From contig CAWVXU010000003.1 of NCBI GenBank assembly GCA_963934255.1, forward strand, positions 4,209 through 68,208: a DNA stretch of 64,000 nt. Reading direction: 5' to 3'. Each line of letters starts with the position of its first letter. The first letter of the stretch is position 1. Source of the DNA: an uncultured Fibrobacterales bacterium (lineage in GTDB: Bacteria > Fibrobacterota > Fibrobacteria > Fibrobacterales > CAWVXU01). A program made the position numbers and the translations under genes. The notes below the pieces were generated by a model. The model was not told the origin of the DNA and made no database searches. It worked only from the letters and a program-made list of their open reading frames with translations. Positions 48,405 to 58,288 of the stretch are shown here, piece after piece.

Positions 48405-48497
48405 CAATTACCTCTTAGGTTGCCTTTATAAAGTAAGTTTTTTTTGTGTATTCTCTGCATGATTCTTGAAAACCTCAGTAAATCATTCAACATACTT

Positions 48498-48713
48498 TCA
48501 TCGCATTTGATCGATTCTAAACTTTATGGCCTCCAACGGATCAGAAAGGTCAATCGCATGATGCTCTTTTTCATAAGCTTCAGCTCGGGTAATCAATAAA
48601 TCTATACCATCATAGCCCTCTGTATCCAACTTGGCACCCATCAATTTCTCTATTTAGCACAGGGCCTCGTCATAGTCTGACTCTGTTTTTATTGCTTTTA
48701 CTCTCAGATTCAT
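48498..48713 (-). pseudogene. Decayed HigA-type antitoxin fragment (in-frame TAA, HTH domain missing)
   Basis: Manual translation gives MNLRVKAIKTESDYDEALC*IEKLMGAKLDTEGYDGIDLLITRAEAYEKEHHAIDLSDPLEAIKFRIDQMR*. This matches the N-terminal half of HigA/XRE antitoxins (IKTE.DY..AL..IE.LM.A......D.L.LL..LIE.YE..H..I...DP.EAIKFRM.Q), is broken by a stop, and ends before the HTH. Confidence 0.55.
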
Positions 48714-48764
48714 TCGTTCTATATCTGAACTAAATCTATTGTATCATACCCCGTTTTTACCGCT

Positions 48765-48797
48765 AAAAACAAGAAAGACTGCCTTGGGAGCAGTCCT
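48765..48797 (-). terminator. Rho-independent terminator after fliA
   Basis: Minus strand reads GGACUGC-uccca-GCAGUCU followed by UUCUUGUUUUU. Confidence 0.6.
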
Positions 48798-48852
48798 TGA
48801 AATACACCCCATTTATAAGGGCTATCCTAAAGTTTGATTAAACGAGCTAGTA

Positions 48853-49635
48853 CTATGCGTTGACTCGAGTTATCAGTCTTGAGCGCAATTTGATCATCGC
48901 CTTGGAATGAATCTGTGAAACTCTTGACTCAGTAATACCTAAGACTTGACCAATCTCTTTAAGTGTCAGCTCTTCATAGTGATAGAGTGCTACGACTAGC
49001 TTTTCTTTTTCTGGAAGCTCGCCAATCGTCTCTTTGAGGATGCGCTTCACTTCTTGGTAGCCTAGCTCTTTAAGAGGGTCGGAACCAGCCGGATCAGTAA
49101 TAGTATCAATTAGGCTAAGTGACTTACCCTCACCCCCACGCTCAGGTAGGCTCTCTTCAAGGCTGACTATGGTCGTAGGTGCAACTTCACCTAGTAGTGA
49201 TTCAAACTCACTCATTGTGATGCCAAGAGCGTCTGCTACTTCGTCATCATAAGGTATGCGTCCGAGCTCTTGCTCAAGTTTAGCATAAGTATTTTGCAAT
49301 TTTTTGGATTTGGTACGAATCGAGCGCGGAACCCAATCTTGAGCGCGAAGCTCATCGAGGATAGCACCACGAATCTTATGAGTGGCAAAGGTCTCAAATT
49401 TAAAGCCTAAGCTCAGATCAAAAGTTTCAACCGCTTTAATCAAACCGAAAACACCTGATCCAATCAAATCACCCAATTCAACTGACTTGGGTAAATTTAA
49501 GCCAATACGTTGAGCAGTATATTTGACCAGCGAAGTATACTCCGCTAAAATTTTATCTTTAGCGAGCTTAGAATCGTGTTCTTTATATTGGACCCATAAG
49601 TCGTTTAAATCTGCCACTGAAGTGTTACCGTTCAA
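48853..49635 (-). CDS. fliA: Flagellar sigma factor FliA (sigma-28)
   Basis: Region 2 (GDLIGSGVFGLIKAVETFD, FETFATHKIRGAILDELR) and region 4.2 HTH (LKEIGQVLGITESRVSQIHSKA). Confidence 0.95.
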   Translation of the reverse strand: MNGNTSVADLNDLWVQYKEHDSKLAKDKILAEYTSLVKYTAQRIGLNLPKSVELGDLIGSGVFGLIKAVETFDLSLGFKFETFATHKIRGAILDELRAQDWVPRSIRTKSKKLQNTYAKLEQELGRIPYDDEVADALGITMSEFESLLGEVAPTTIVSLEESLPERGGEGKSLSLIDTITDPAGSDPLKELGYQEVKRILKETIGELPEKEKLVVALYHYEELTLKEIGQVLGITESRVSQIHSKAMIKLRSRLITRVNA

Positions 49636-49828
49636 TCCCTATCATTAGTCTTATATACAACTCTATTAAATTATCCTATTTATCAGTTAAAAATTCAAAA
49701 TAAATCGTAGAAATTTTAAATTTTTAAGCTTTTTTAGACCATTCTAGCATTACAATTGACAAAGTACCTCAAATGAGGCCTTGATTAAATTGAAAATAAA
49801 TTTCACTCAAAACCTTATGTCATGAATA

Positions 49829-50152
49829 TTATTGTTTATTCTCTTCTTGATATTCTTCATACCAAGCTTTTTCTTGATCTGACGGCTCGGCTAGGTAGAA
49901 AGATAGCCCACCTTTATAGCGATCAACATGATGTTCTTTGGCTGAAACTGCAAGCGCTTTGACAAAAGTATCCAAAAGAATTGAAATAAAGAACCAAGCA
50001 ACACCAGACACCATTAAAGCTTTACCGAAATCAAAAATAACGGTGAGTATATCTAAATCGTTTCTCAAAAGCATCGATAATCCGAAGACTATCCAAAAAC
50101 AAGCTATAACAGCTGTTTTGGTGAGTGCACGCGACAGTGGTAATGTATTCAT
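49829..50152 (-). CDS. Small two-TM membrane protein, unknown function, between flhG and fliA
   Basis: Two hydrophobic helices followed by an acidic tail. Lies 31 nt downstream of flhG. Confidence 0.5.
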   Translation of the reverse strand: MNTLPLSRALTKTAVIACFWIVFGLSMLLRNDLDILTVIFDFGKALMVSGVAWFFISILLDTFVKALAVSAKEHHVDRYKGGLSFYLAEPSDQEKAWYEEYQEENKQ

Positions 50153-50183
50153 AATTTCTCCAATGTCTTCGTCCTTGAAAGTC

Positions 50184-51005
50184 TTAAGACAAATCCTTTT
50201 GTCTTCGTAAATTGATTAATACCCCTTGTAAGTTTTGCACATAGGGAGACTGTGGGTATGCTTTTTTTATCGGCTTTTGTTGCATGAGAGCTTTAGGTAT
50301 ATTTGGATCCTTAGGTAAAAACCCACAAAAAGCAGGTCTAATTCCTAAAAATTGCTCTGAAACTCTGCATAATTGAGCATGAGTGTGAATCGCCTCTTGT
50401 TCCTTTTCAGCCTGATTAACAACCACTACCACTTCTTGAGCTGGATTATACTTCTTGATCGTCTTTAAGGTTGAGTATGCATCAGCAAGTGAAGTTAGCT
50501 CGGGCGTTAAAATTAAAACAACTTGATCAACAGTGGTTGTTAGAGCGATTGTTGATTCTGAAAGCCCCGCACCCACATCTATAATTTGTGCATCATAAAC
50601 GCTACCCTTAGGACCATGTAACTCGGATATAATCCGCTCCATTGCTCCACTTTGGATCCAATTCATCGAAGGAATACCTGAGAAACCGTGAATAAAATCT
50701 AAACCAAAAACATCCTTCATCAGCAAACCATCAAAGTCAACTTCACCATCTAAATAATGCCCCCAATGACGCTTAGGACTGACTCCCATCATCAGGTGTA
50801 AATCAGCCAGACCAGGATCCCCATCAAGCAGCAGTACTTTGGCGTGATCTGCAATCACCATCGCTAAATTAAGAGAGAAATTAGTCTTCCCTACTCCACC
50901 TTTACCAGATGCGACAGCAATTCTCCAAGTCTTACCCGAGGGTAAGCTTTCACGAAGTGCCATTAAATCCTGGAAGTACTCGAGCTGCGATTTAACTTTT
51001 GTCAT
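50184..51005 (-). CDS. flhG: Flagellar number regulator FlhG (MinD/ParA-type ATPase)
   Basis: Deviant Walker A VASGKGGVGKTN; position after flhF. Confidence 0.9.
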   Translation of the reverse strand: MTKVKSQLEYFQDLMALRESLPSGKTWRIAVASGKGGVGKTNFSLNLAMVIADHAKVLLLDGDPGLADLHLMMGVSPKRHWGHYLDGEVDFDGLLMKDVFGLDFIHGFSGIPSMNWIQSGAMERIISELHGPKGSVYDAQIIDVGAGLSESTIALTTTVDQVVLILTPELTSLADAYSTLKTIKKYNPAQEVVVVVNQAEKEQEAIHTHAQLCRVSEQFLGIRPAFCGFLPKDPNIPKALMQQKPIKKAYPQSPYVQNLQGVLINLRRQKDLS

Positions 51006-51014
51006 ATAAAGACC

Positions 51015-52346
51015 TTAACCTTCAGCCATAATCCAGCCAGCAATTTCGCTAGCATCAGCAGTCAGGATATCATCGGGTATGGTCTGCCCATGACATAAAT
51101 AAGCCAGACCAAGTTTCTTTTGAACACTTAAATTCCAAAGCGCACCCATCTCAGAAGTCTCATCAACCTTGGTATAAATTAGACGACTGATTCCAAAAGG
51201 TTTGAATTTCTCATAAAAAGCATTGAGATCTCGCTCACGAGTATTGGCAGCTAAGACAAGATAGGTTTCATCGGCTTGGACGAATTTTGAAATGTCAGAA
51301 AGCTCACTCATATGATGTTTGTGTTCTCTTGAACGACCAGCTGAATCTACAAGGATTAAATCTTTGTCTTTTAGGTCATCTAATGCTTGATCAATGTCTT
51401 CTTCACTAAAAGCCGCTCTAAAATCTATCTGAGCTGACCTTGCAAAAACTGACATTTGTTCCATAGCTCCCATGCGATAACCATCGGTGCTAATGATACC
51501 CACATTAACATTACCAGACATCAGCTGCTCGGCGGCAATTTTAGCAATCGTCGTTGATTTACCTACACCAGTTGGACCTAAAAAAAGAAGTATCGTCGCT
51601 CGATTCTCTTGAAGTGAAAGCGTAGGAGCAATCGGAAGCTTGGAAGTGAGTTTGTTTTTAATCCAAACTTTGGAATCTTCTTCACTGCGATCTTTAGGGC
51701 TAATTTCAAGAGCATATTCGGTAATCAGTTGACCAGCAAGCTCAGGAATAATACCCGAATGAGTCAGTTGTCTATAAACTCGACGAAGTTCAGCTGGCAC
51801 CGCACTTGAGCTTTGTTCAAACCCTTCAGATATTTGCGACTGAAGTTTTTTCATTTCCTTTTGCAATTTGTCAAATTCACTCGTTAAATTCTTTTGATTG
51901 ATAGCATCTTGAGCAGATTGTTTGGCTCTACTTGCATTCGATGTCCCAGAATTATCAGAGTTGTCAAAGTTGTCAGAGTTATGAGTCGAGGTATTTGAGT
52001 TAGAGGTAGAAGGAGGGATTTTTTCTACATGAGGAAGTTCTTGAGGTTGAAACTTTTGGCCACCAGGGGTATAAGTACCTTGGAATGGTGATGCCGTGTC
52101 GTCAATGTTTTGAGTAGCTCTGTTTTGAGCATTGATGTTTTGCTTAAGACGAGCTTCAAAAGTATTCATCTCTGGTCGTGCGATAAGACTTTCATCTAAA
52201 CTCGCTGTAACTTCAATCTGACCTGCATTAAGCACTCCACCAGAGAGTTGCTCGGTGCGGATGATCACAGCTTGAGGACCTAGCTCATCTTTAACTTTGA
52301 GCAATGCTTCTCGCATTGTAGGGGCTATAAACTTTTTTAAATCCAC
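51015..52346 (-). CDS. flhF: Flagellar biosynthesis GTPase FlhF (SRP-type)
   Basis: [29 protein letters not shown]. Ser/Asn-rich linker in the N-terminal half. Confidence 0.9.
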   Translation of the reverse strand: MDLKKFIAPTMREALLKVKDELGPQAVIIRTEQLSGGVLNAGQIEVTASLDESLIARPEMNTFEARLKQNINAQNRATQNIDDTASPFQGTYTPGGQKFQPQELPHVEKIPPSTSNSNTSTHNSDNFDNSDNSGTSNASRAKQSAQDAINQKNLTSEFDKLQKEMKKLQSQISEGFEQSSSAVPAELRRVYRQLTHSGIIPELAGQLITEYALEISPKDRSEEDSKVWIKNKLTSKLPIAPTLSLQENRATILLFLGPTGVGKSTTIAKIAAEQLMSGNVNVGIISTDGYRMGAMEQMSVFARSAQIDFRAAFSEEDIDQALDDLKDKDLILVDSAGRSREHKHHMSELSDISKFVQADETYLVLAANTRERDLNAFYEKFKPFGISRLIYTKVDETSEMGALWNLSVQKKLGLAYLCHGQTIPDDILTADASEIAGWIMAEG

Positions 52347-52354
52347 TGAAATCC

Positions 52355-54433
52355 TCAGCTTTCTTGAATCGAAATCGTGCCTGCGGCTTTTATATTAATA
52401 CCTAGTGCAATTTCACCATATGCTAGAACATAAACGTTTGGGTATGAACTTTCAACTAATTTCACGAGTGGGAATCGAATTCCGGGAGATACTACAATGA
52501 CAGCGGGTTGGTTCATTGCTACCATTTTTTCATATTCTGGAGATACAGCGTCTAATAATTTGCCTACCATCTCAGGTCGAAGGACAAGTCTTGGCCCGCG
52601 CTCAGTCGTCTGAACTGAAGCCTCTAGTATCTGCTCTAACTCTGGATGCAGAGTCATCACATGGATGACATCTTCATAGTCTTTGAGACCTGAACAGATC
52701 TGGCGAGCCAGAGCTGCTCGACAATGCTCAGTAATATAAGTTGAATCTTTAGAAATTTTGGCCGTCTCAGCCATGATTTCCATAATGGTCACCAAATCTC
52801 GAATACTCACCCGTTCATTGAGTAAATTTTCCAGTACAATCTGTATTTCACCCATATTCATCAAACTCGGAATGAGCTCTTCTACTATTGCTGGCGAATG
52901 AGTTTTGACATTATCAATCAAGGCTTTGACATCTTCACGGGTCAAAATCTCTGATGCATTTTTGCGGATAATTTCAGTAATATGCGTTGCAAGTACAGCA
53001 GGTAGTTCAACTACTGTATACCCAGCAAGTTCAGCCGTCTCACGTTGGCTCTCAGTAATCCACATCGCGGGCAAACCAAAGGCTGGTTCCACAGTCGGGA
53101 TACCGTTAATTTTTTGTGAAGTTTGACCAGGATCCATCGCAAGGTAAGAGCCCATCATCAACTCTCCACCCCCCACTTCAATGCCTTTGATTTTGACTGT
53201 GTAGTTATTGGGCTGTAATTGAATATTGTCTCGTATGCGAATAGGAGGCACTAAAGTCCCGAGTTCAGTAGCCATTTGTCGTCTAAGCATAGTGATTCGC
53301 TCAAGTAAATCGCCACCTTGATTTTTATCTACTAGCGGAATCAGGCCATATCCAATTTCCATTTCCATCTGATCAATTTTAAGAAAATCTTCAATTTTTT
53401 CTTCAGCTATTGGCTCATCCGAGTTACCGGATTCACCTTCGGCTTCGTCAGTCTCTGATTGCTTTGTGGAGTTAGTGTGGATTTTGTAAGCGGCATATCC
53501 CATCAGAATACCAAGGGAGACAAATGGTAAAGTAGGCATCCCAGGAATGACACCCATTAAACACATCACAATAGCTGCGACATACATTGCACGAGTAGAT
53601 TGACTAAATTGATCAATCATTTCTTCACCAAGGTTGCCCTTAGATGCTGCGCGTGTCACAATAATACCCGAGGCAGTTGAAATCATGAGTGAAGGCATTT
53701 GCGAGGCAAGTCCGTCACCAATAGTTAGCTTAGTATATGTTGAAATTGCTGTAGTAAAATCCATATCCTGAAGCAACATACCCGAGACAAATCCACCAAT
53801 AACATTAATGGCTGTAATAAATAGACCTGCTACGGCGTCACCTTTGACGAACTTGGACGCACCATCCATCGCACCATAAAAGTCAGCTTCGCGAGATATA
53901 TCAGATCGTTTTTTCTTGGCTTCTTCTTCAGTCAAAAGGCCGTTATTTAAGTCAGCATCAACAGACATTTGTTTACCGGGCATGGCATCAAGTGTAAACC
54001 TTGCAGCCACCTCGGCGATTCGACCAGCACCCTTAGTAATCACGGTAAACTGAACAAGGACAAGGATGATAAATATGACTACACCCACAATGATATTACC
54101 GGCCGTCACAAACTCACCAAATGATTGAATCACATCACCTGCTTTGCCTTCGGATAAAATCATCCGAGTGGTGGCGATATTGAGGGATATTCGAAATAGG
54201 GAGAGGACTAGTAGTAAGCCTGGAAAGATGGAAAAGTCTAAAACATTATCCAAGTACATAGAAATAATAAGAACTAACAGAGCCACCGAGATCATTAGCG
54301 CCAAAAGTATGTCAACCGTCCATAAAGGAATCGGCACAATCATCATAACGACAATTCCGACGATACCTAGGATAACAAAAAGTTCTTTATTCTTTTTGAG
54401 TAGGCCCATGCTTAATAACGATTTAAAATCCAA
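52355..54433 (-). CDS. flhA: Flagellar export apparatus protein FlhA
   Basis: FRISLNIATTRMIL, GNIIVGVVIFIIL, ITKGAGRIAEVAARFTLDAMPGKQMSVDADL. TTG start at 54433 has GGGAG 8 nt upstream; an alternative ATG is at 54409. Confidence 0.95.
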   Translation of the reverse strand: MDFKSLLSMGLLKKNKELFVILGIVGIVVMMIVPIPLWTVDILLALMISVALLVLIISMYLDNVLDFSIFPGLLLVLSLFRISLNIATTRMILSEGKAGDVIQSFGEFVTAGNIIVGVVIFIILVLVQFTVITKGAGRIAEVAARFTLDAMPGKQMSVDADLNNGLLTEEEAKKKRSDISREADFYGAMDGASKFVKGDAVAGLFITAINVIGGFVSGMLLQDMDFTTAISTYTKLTIGDGLASQMPSLMISTASGIIVTRAASKGNLGEEMIDQFSQSTRAMYVAAIVMCLMGVIPGMPTLPFVSLGILMGYAAYKIHTNSTKQSETDEAEGESGNSDEPIAEEKIEDFLKIDQMEMEIGYGLIPLVDKNQGGDLLERITMLRRQMATELGTLVPPIRIRDNIQLQPNNYTVKIKGIEVGGGELMMGSYLAMDPGQTSQKINGIPTVEPAFGLPAMWITESQRETAELAGYTVVELPAVLATHITEIIRKNASEILTREDVKALIDNVKTHSPAIVEELIPSLMNMGEIQIVLENLLNERVSIRDLVTIMEIMAETAKISKDSTYITEHCRAALARQICSGLKDYEDVIHVMTLHPELEQILEASVQTTERGPRLVLRPEMVGKLLDAVSPEYEKMVAMNQPAVIVVSPGIRFPLVKLVESSYPNVYVLAYGEIALGINIKAAGTISIQES

Positions 54434-56137
54434 CTATTCGACTCCCTGATGCACAGCGATGGTTTTGGGTTGATCCATACCTGTGACTCTAAATATAATA
54501 TCCCCATCAGAATTAACTTTGACCACAGAGCCAGACTCTGAATCAGCCACCCAACATGAATTGTCTGTCATTGAAAAGGCAACTCCAGCCGGAGTATTAA
54601 AGCCCTCAGTGACAAGGCCATCCGTTTTGGTTAGATTTCCTGATATGTTTGAGTTAAATCTAATAATTTGATCGGCTCTAGCGTCAGAGATACACACTTC
54701 TCCATTGCCGGCAGACAAATCAGAAATAAAGTTAAAACCTTTGATCGTCGCCTTGATGACACCTAGCGTGTCTATGAGTATCACACTTGAGCTATCTGCA
54801 ATCCAAGCCTGACCTGATTGAGCATCATAAGCGATGTGCTGAGGGCGGTTGACTCCAGCATGAAATAGAGTGTCTAAAACACCATCTCGGACAAGTCCAA
54901 TCGAATCACCTTCCGGAACGACAAACATCATCAAGTCATCTTCGAACTGATCAATCGCCATGCTTGTGACGGGCCCTTGTTGATCCGGCAATACTGAGAT
55001 CTCTGATAGTGAGTCCAAAGCTGCTGGGTCAAATTTCCTAACACGACCCTGAGCACTAGTCGGAAGATCTGAGACCCAAATAGCTCCACTTTGTACATCC
55101 ACTCCAAGGGCAGTCGGTTGAATAAATCTAGAGCTATCAGTCAAGACAATTTCACCTGAATTCGTCATGCGTGTTAATATATTTTTACCGCGGTCAAGGA
55201 TCCAGACATAAATACGATTAGGATTAATTCCAATATCTGAAATTTCTTGAAATTGATTTTCAATTCTAAATATTTCGGACCCAGTCGATGATATTTTTAT
55301 CAAATCCTTAGAAGCACCTACCCAAACAGAGCCAGTTTCTTTATAAGTGATCATTTGCATATAATAAATACGAGAACCCGAGTAGGATTCATCACGAACT
55401 TTAAATTCAAATACATCATCAATAATAGAGTCCGGCGCCTGCCATCTAAAAGTATAGCCCGAATCAGATTGTATTTGCCTAAGCCCCGGGACATCTTCAA
55501 ATTCAAACCTTGGCGCGAAATCTTCCACAAAATTATCGCGAAGGGTTACATCAAACTTAACTAATTGACCAGGGTGTCCATAGAGCCTAATTACTGAATC
55601 ACGAATAGCAGTGACAACTCCACCCAAATAGAGTGTATCTAGCATCGGAAGTACATTTTGAATATCAAATACCTTCCAAGCCGAGTGAATTCCCTCGATA
55701 TCAATAGCTATGGAATCAAGGTATAGAGAATCAACAGTCCAAGTCACTGAGTCGACCTCAGTAGAATCAAGATAAAGTTCAGGTGCAACATTCCATTCAA
55801 ACCATACTGTATCTGAAACAATTATACTATCGATTGCAGAAATGGCTGTGACTCTTTTTGAAATATTGCCCTTGCCTAATTTCCAATTCACAAGATCATC
55901 TTGGTCAGCACGAAGATTAAAGTCTTCGACATTGACCCATGCTTTGACCAAGCCGCCACTGTAACTTTTTTCTGTAAAATCAGTTTTAATTCTTATAGTC
56001 AAACCAGATTCATCATTAGGAGAGCAAGCATTTAGCAGACTCAGACATATCAATGCACCAAATATCACGCATATGAGGCTAAAACAGCTAATAACCGATT
56101 TTGATTTGGTTGATTTATCGTCGTTCATTTTCATCAT
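54434..56137 (-). CDS. Lipoprotein with C-terminal six-bladed NHL/YncE-like beta-propeller, embedded between flhB and flhA
   Basis: Lipobox SLLNAC|S. Six C-terminal repeats of the type P..(I/L)..D...G..W(V/I).D......(I/V)......G, for example PTALGVDVQSGAIWVSD, PQHIAYDAQSGQAWIAD, PAGVAFSMTDNSCWVAD. The start is 1-4 nt after the flhB stop, and its stop abuts the flhA start. Confidence 0.75.
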   Translation of the reverse strand: MMKMNDDKSTKSKSVISCFSLICVIFGALICLSLLNACSPNDESGLTIRIKTDFTEKSYSGGLVKAWVNVEDFNLRADQDDLVNWKLGKGNISKRVTAISAIDSIIVSDTVWFEWNVAPELYLDSTEVDSVTWTVDSLYLDSIAIDIEGIHSAWKVFDIQNVLPMLDTLYLGGVVTAIRDSVIRLYGHPGQLVKFDVTLRDNFVEDFAPRFEFEDVPGLRQIQSDSGYTFRWQAPDSIIDDVFEFKVRDESYSGSRIYYMQMITYKETGSVWVGASKDLIKISSTGSEIFRIENQFQEISDIGINPNRIYVWILDRGKNILTRMTNSGEIVLTDSSRFIQPTALGVDVQSGAIWVSDLPTSAQGRVRKFDPAALDSLSEISVLPDQQGPVTSMAIDQFEDDLMMFVVPEGDSIGLVRDGVLDTLFHAGVNRPQHIAYDAQSGQAWIADSSSVILIDTLGVIKATIKGFNFISDLSAGNGEVCISDARADQIIRFNSNISGNLTKTDGLVTEGFNTPAGVAFSMTDNSCWVADSESGSVVKVNSDGDIIFRVTGMDQPKTIAVHQGVE

Positions 56138-56138
56138 T

Positions 56139-57200
56139 TTATCCCTCTAAGCTGTAAATATAAGCCAAAATTTGCGCAACGGCTTCAAAGTGTTCTTCGG
56201 GAATCACATCTCCGACTTCTACTGAATCAATAATTGCCCGAGCTAATGGCTTATTTTCTACAATAGGTATGTCATTTTCTGTTGCAATGTCCCTTATTTT
56301 TTCGGCTATTATTCGCTTACCTTTAGCTACAATCGTAGGAGCGTCTTGTTCTCCTCGTTTATATTTGATTGCAATGGCTATAAATGTAGGATTTGTCACC
56401 ACAACGGTCGCTTCCGGAACTTTATCCATAGAAGACTCTCTTAAAATTTTCATTGCAGCTTGCCTTAATGCTGCTTTAATCTTCGGATCACCTTCGGATT
56501 GTTTGCGCTCATCTTTGACCTCGTGCTTGGTCATCTTCATTTCATTTTTCGCTTTAATTTTTTGATAAATAAAATCACCTATTCCGATGATGAGATATAA
56601 AAGAGCTATATACAGGCTCATTTCTAAGCCAATATTAAATAAGGCAGCACGAAGAGCCATAAGAGGCTGGTCAATAAGAAAAAGGAATTCATCATAATGA
56701 CTCATTAAGACAAGATAAACAACAAGTCCGACTGCCCCGATTTTCAACAACCCTTTAATGAGGCCGACAAGAGCCTCTTTTCCGAGCATTCTTTTGACAC
56801 CAGCAATTATTTTAAAGGGTTTTGAGAAGTCAGGTTTCAGTTTATAATTAGACCACATAAATCCAACTTGAACTAAATTAATGACAACCCCAAATATTAA
56901 CATCAGGAGTGCAATGGGCCATAAAATAAAAAGCATCATTTTTACATTATCTTCCATCAAAAAGATCAAGTTAGTTGTATTGAAATCAAAGGTAGATATC
57001 TGACTCCAAACATTTTTAATATTCAATTCAAGTAAATCATATACTCTTACACCAAATATCCAAATCACACCCACTCCTACAATCAACATAAAGCCTGTAT
57101 TTAGATCTGTTGATTTAGCAACTTGCCCTTTTCTACGAGCCTCGCCCTTTTTTTTCTCACTGGCATCTTCGGTCTTGGAGTCTTTGTCCTCATCAGCCAT
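56139..57200 (-). CDS. flhB: Flagellar export apparatus protein FlhB
   Basis: KTEDASEKKKGEARRKGQVAKS, the NPTF autocleavage motif (VVVTNPTFIAIAIKY), PIVENKPLARA. ATG at 57200 is preferred; the track ORF starts at 57212. Confidence 0.95.
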   Translation of the reverse strand: MADEDKDSKTEDASEKKKGEARRKGQVAKSTDLNTGFMLIVGVGVIWIFGVRVYDLLELNIKNVWSQISTFDFNTTNLIFLMEDNVKMMLFILWPIALLMLIFGVVINLVQVGFMWSNYKLKPDFSKPFKIIAGVKRMLGKEALVGLIKGLLKIGAVGLVVYLVLMSHYDEFLFLIDQPLMALRAALFNIGLEMSLYIALLYLIIGIGDFIYQKIKAKNEMKMTKHEVKDERKQSEGDPKIKAALRQAAMKILRESSMDKVPEATVVVTNPTFIAIAIKYKRGEQDAPTIVAKGKRIIAEKIRDIATENDIPIVENKPLARAIIDSVEVGDVIPEEHFEAVAQILAYIYSLEG

Positions 57201-57999
57201 GTCCGCCCCCAATTTTCATCAGAGTCAGAATATTCCATTGTAAGCTGGCTAGATATTGATCAAAAAGTTGATACATCATCGGAAATACATAAATCAGAGT
57301 CAATATTCCAATAAAAATTTTCACTGGCATTGACACCATCCAAACATTTAAATTGGGCATTGCTCGTGACATAAAAGCTAAACCAAGTAGGACGAGTAAT
57401 GTGGTCACTAATACAGGAGCCGCCAAGCGAAGACCGGTGACTAAAGCTTCACTCACCATATAAGTGAATACATGCGAAAACTTTTGAGCATCCCATTCCA
57501 ACCCCATCACTGGTATGTAGGTATAGCTTTCAGCCATGACTTCGATAAAGAAAAAATGATGGTTATTTAACAAGAACATGATCAAAAAAATAAACATAAT
57601 GAGCTGAGTGAGGCTAGTAGAATTCTCACCAGTCTCCGGGTTGAGCATCGGCATCATAGATAGCCCGACATTTCGATTAATAACTTCACCACCAAAATCA
57701 ACAAATACAAATAATAGACCACCAGCAAAACCAATAATGACTCCCACTGCAACTTCTTTCATTACGATTAGTATGAGGTGAGCCACTTCTGGTGTATAAG
57801 GGACCTGAGTATCTTTGAGATGTGGAAAAATCACAACTGACAATATAAAGGCAAAACCCACCTTTAAACGAGCTGAGACATTGCTGTTTTTGAGTATCGG
57901 AAACAAAAACACCATAGCTGACATCCTCACTAGGACCAAGAAAAAGAGCTCTAACTGAGCAACTGTAACATCAAGAATAGACGCAGCTTGTTCGAGCAT
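57193..57999 (-). CDS. fliR: Flagellar export apparatus protein FliR
   Basis: 268-aa polytopic protein in the canonical position between fliQ and flhB. LVLVRMSAMVFLFPI is a typical FliR N-terminus. Confidence 0.9.
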   Translation of the reverse strand: MLEQAASILDVTVAQLELFFLVLVRMSAMVFLFPILKNSNVSARLKVGFAFILSVVIFPHLKDTQVPYTPEVAHLILIVMKEVAVGVIIGFAGGLLFVFVDFGGEVINRNVGLSMMPMLNPETGENSTSLTQLIMFIFLIMFLLNNHHFFFIEVMAESYTYIPVMGLEWDAQKFSHVFTYMVSEALVTGLRLAAPVLVTTLLVLLGLAFMSRAMPNLNVWMVSMPVKIFIGILTLIYVFPMMYQLFDQYLASLQWNILTLMKIGGGHG

Positions 58000-58008
58000 T
58001 CTATTGAC

Positions 58009-58278
58009 CTAGGGTAGAATTTGTGGAATTAAAGCCATTATTTCATCAAAAAACAGCTTAAATTGGTGTGCCATTGTCGGCATCATAAAAAGAAGTACAG
58101 CGCCTACACCCAAAACTTTAGGGATAAAGGTCATGGTCATTTCATTTAGCTGAGTCGCTGATTGGATCAACGATATCGTGAGTCCTATAACGAGTGCAGC
58201 AATCAACATGGGTCCACCCATTTGAAGCATAGTGATCAAAGCCTTACGACCAACATCAATGACTAATAATTCACTCAT
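58009..58278 (-). CDS. fliQ: Flagellar export apparatus protein FliQ
   Basis: 89 aa. GPMLIAALVIGLTISLIQSATQLNEMTMTFIPK is the FliQ signature. Confidence 0.9.
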   Translation of the reverse strand: MSELLVIDVGRKALITMLQMGGPMLIAALVIGLTISLIQSATQLNEMTMTFIPKVLGVGAVLLFMMPTMAHQFKLFFDEIMALIPQILP

Positions 58279-58288
58279 TTAAAACCTT

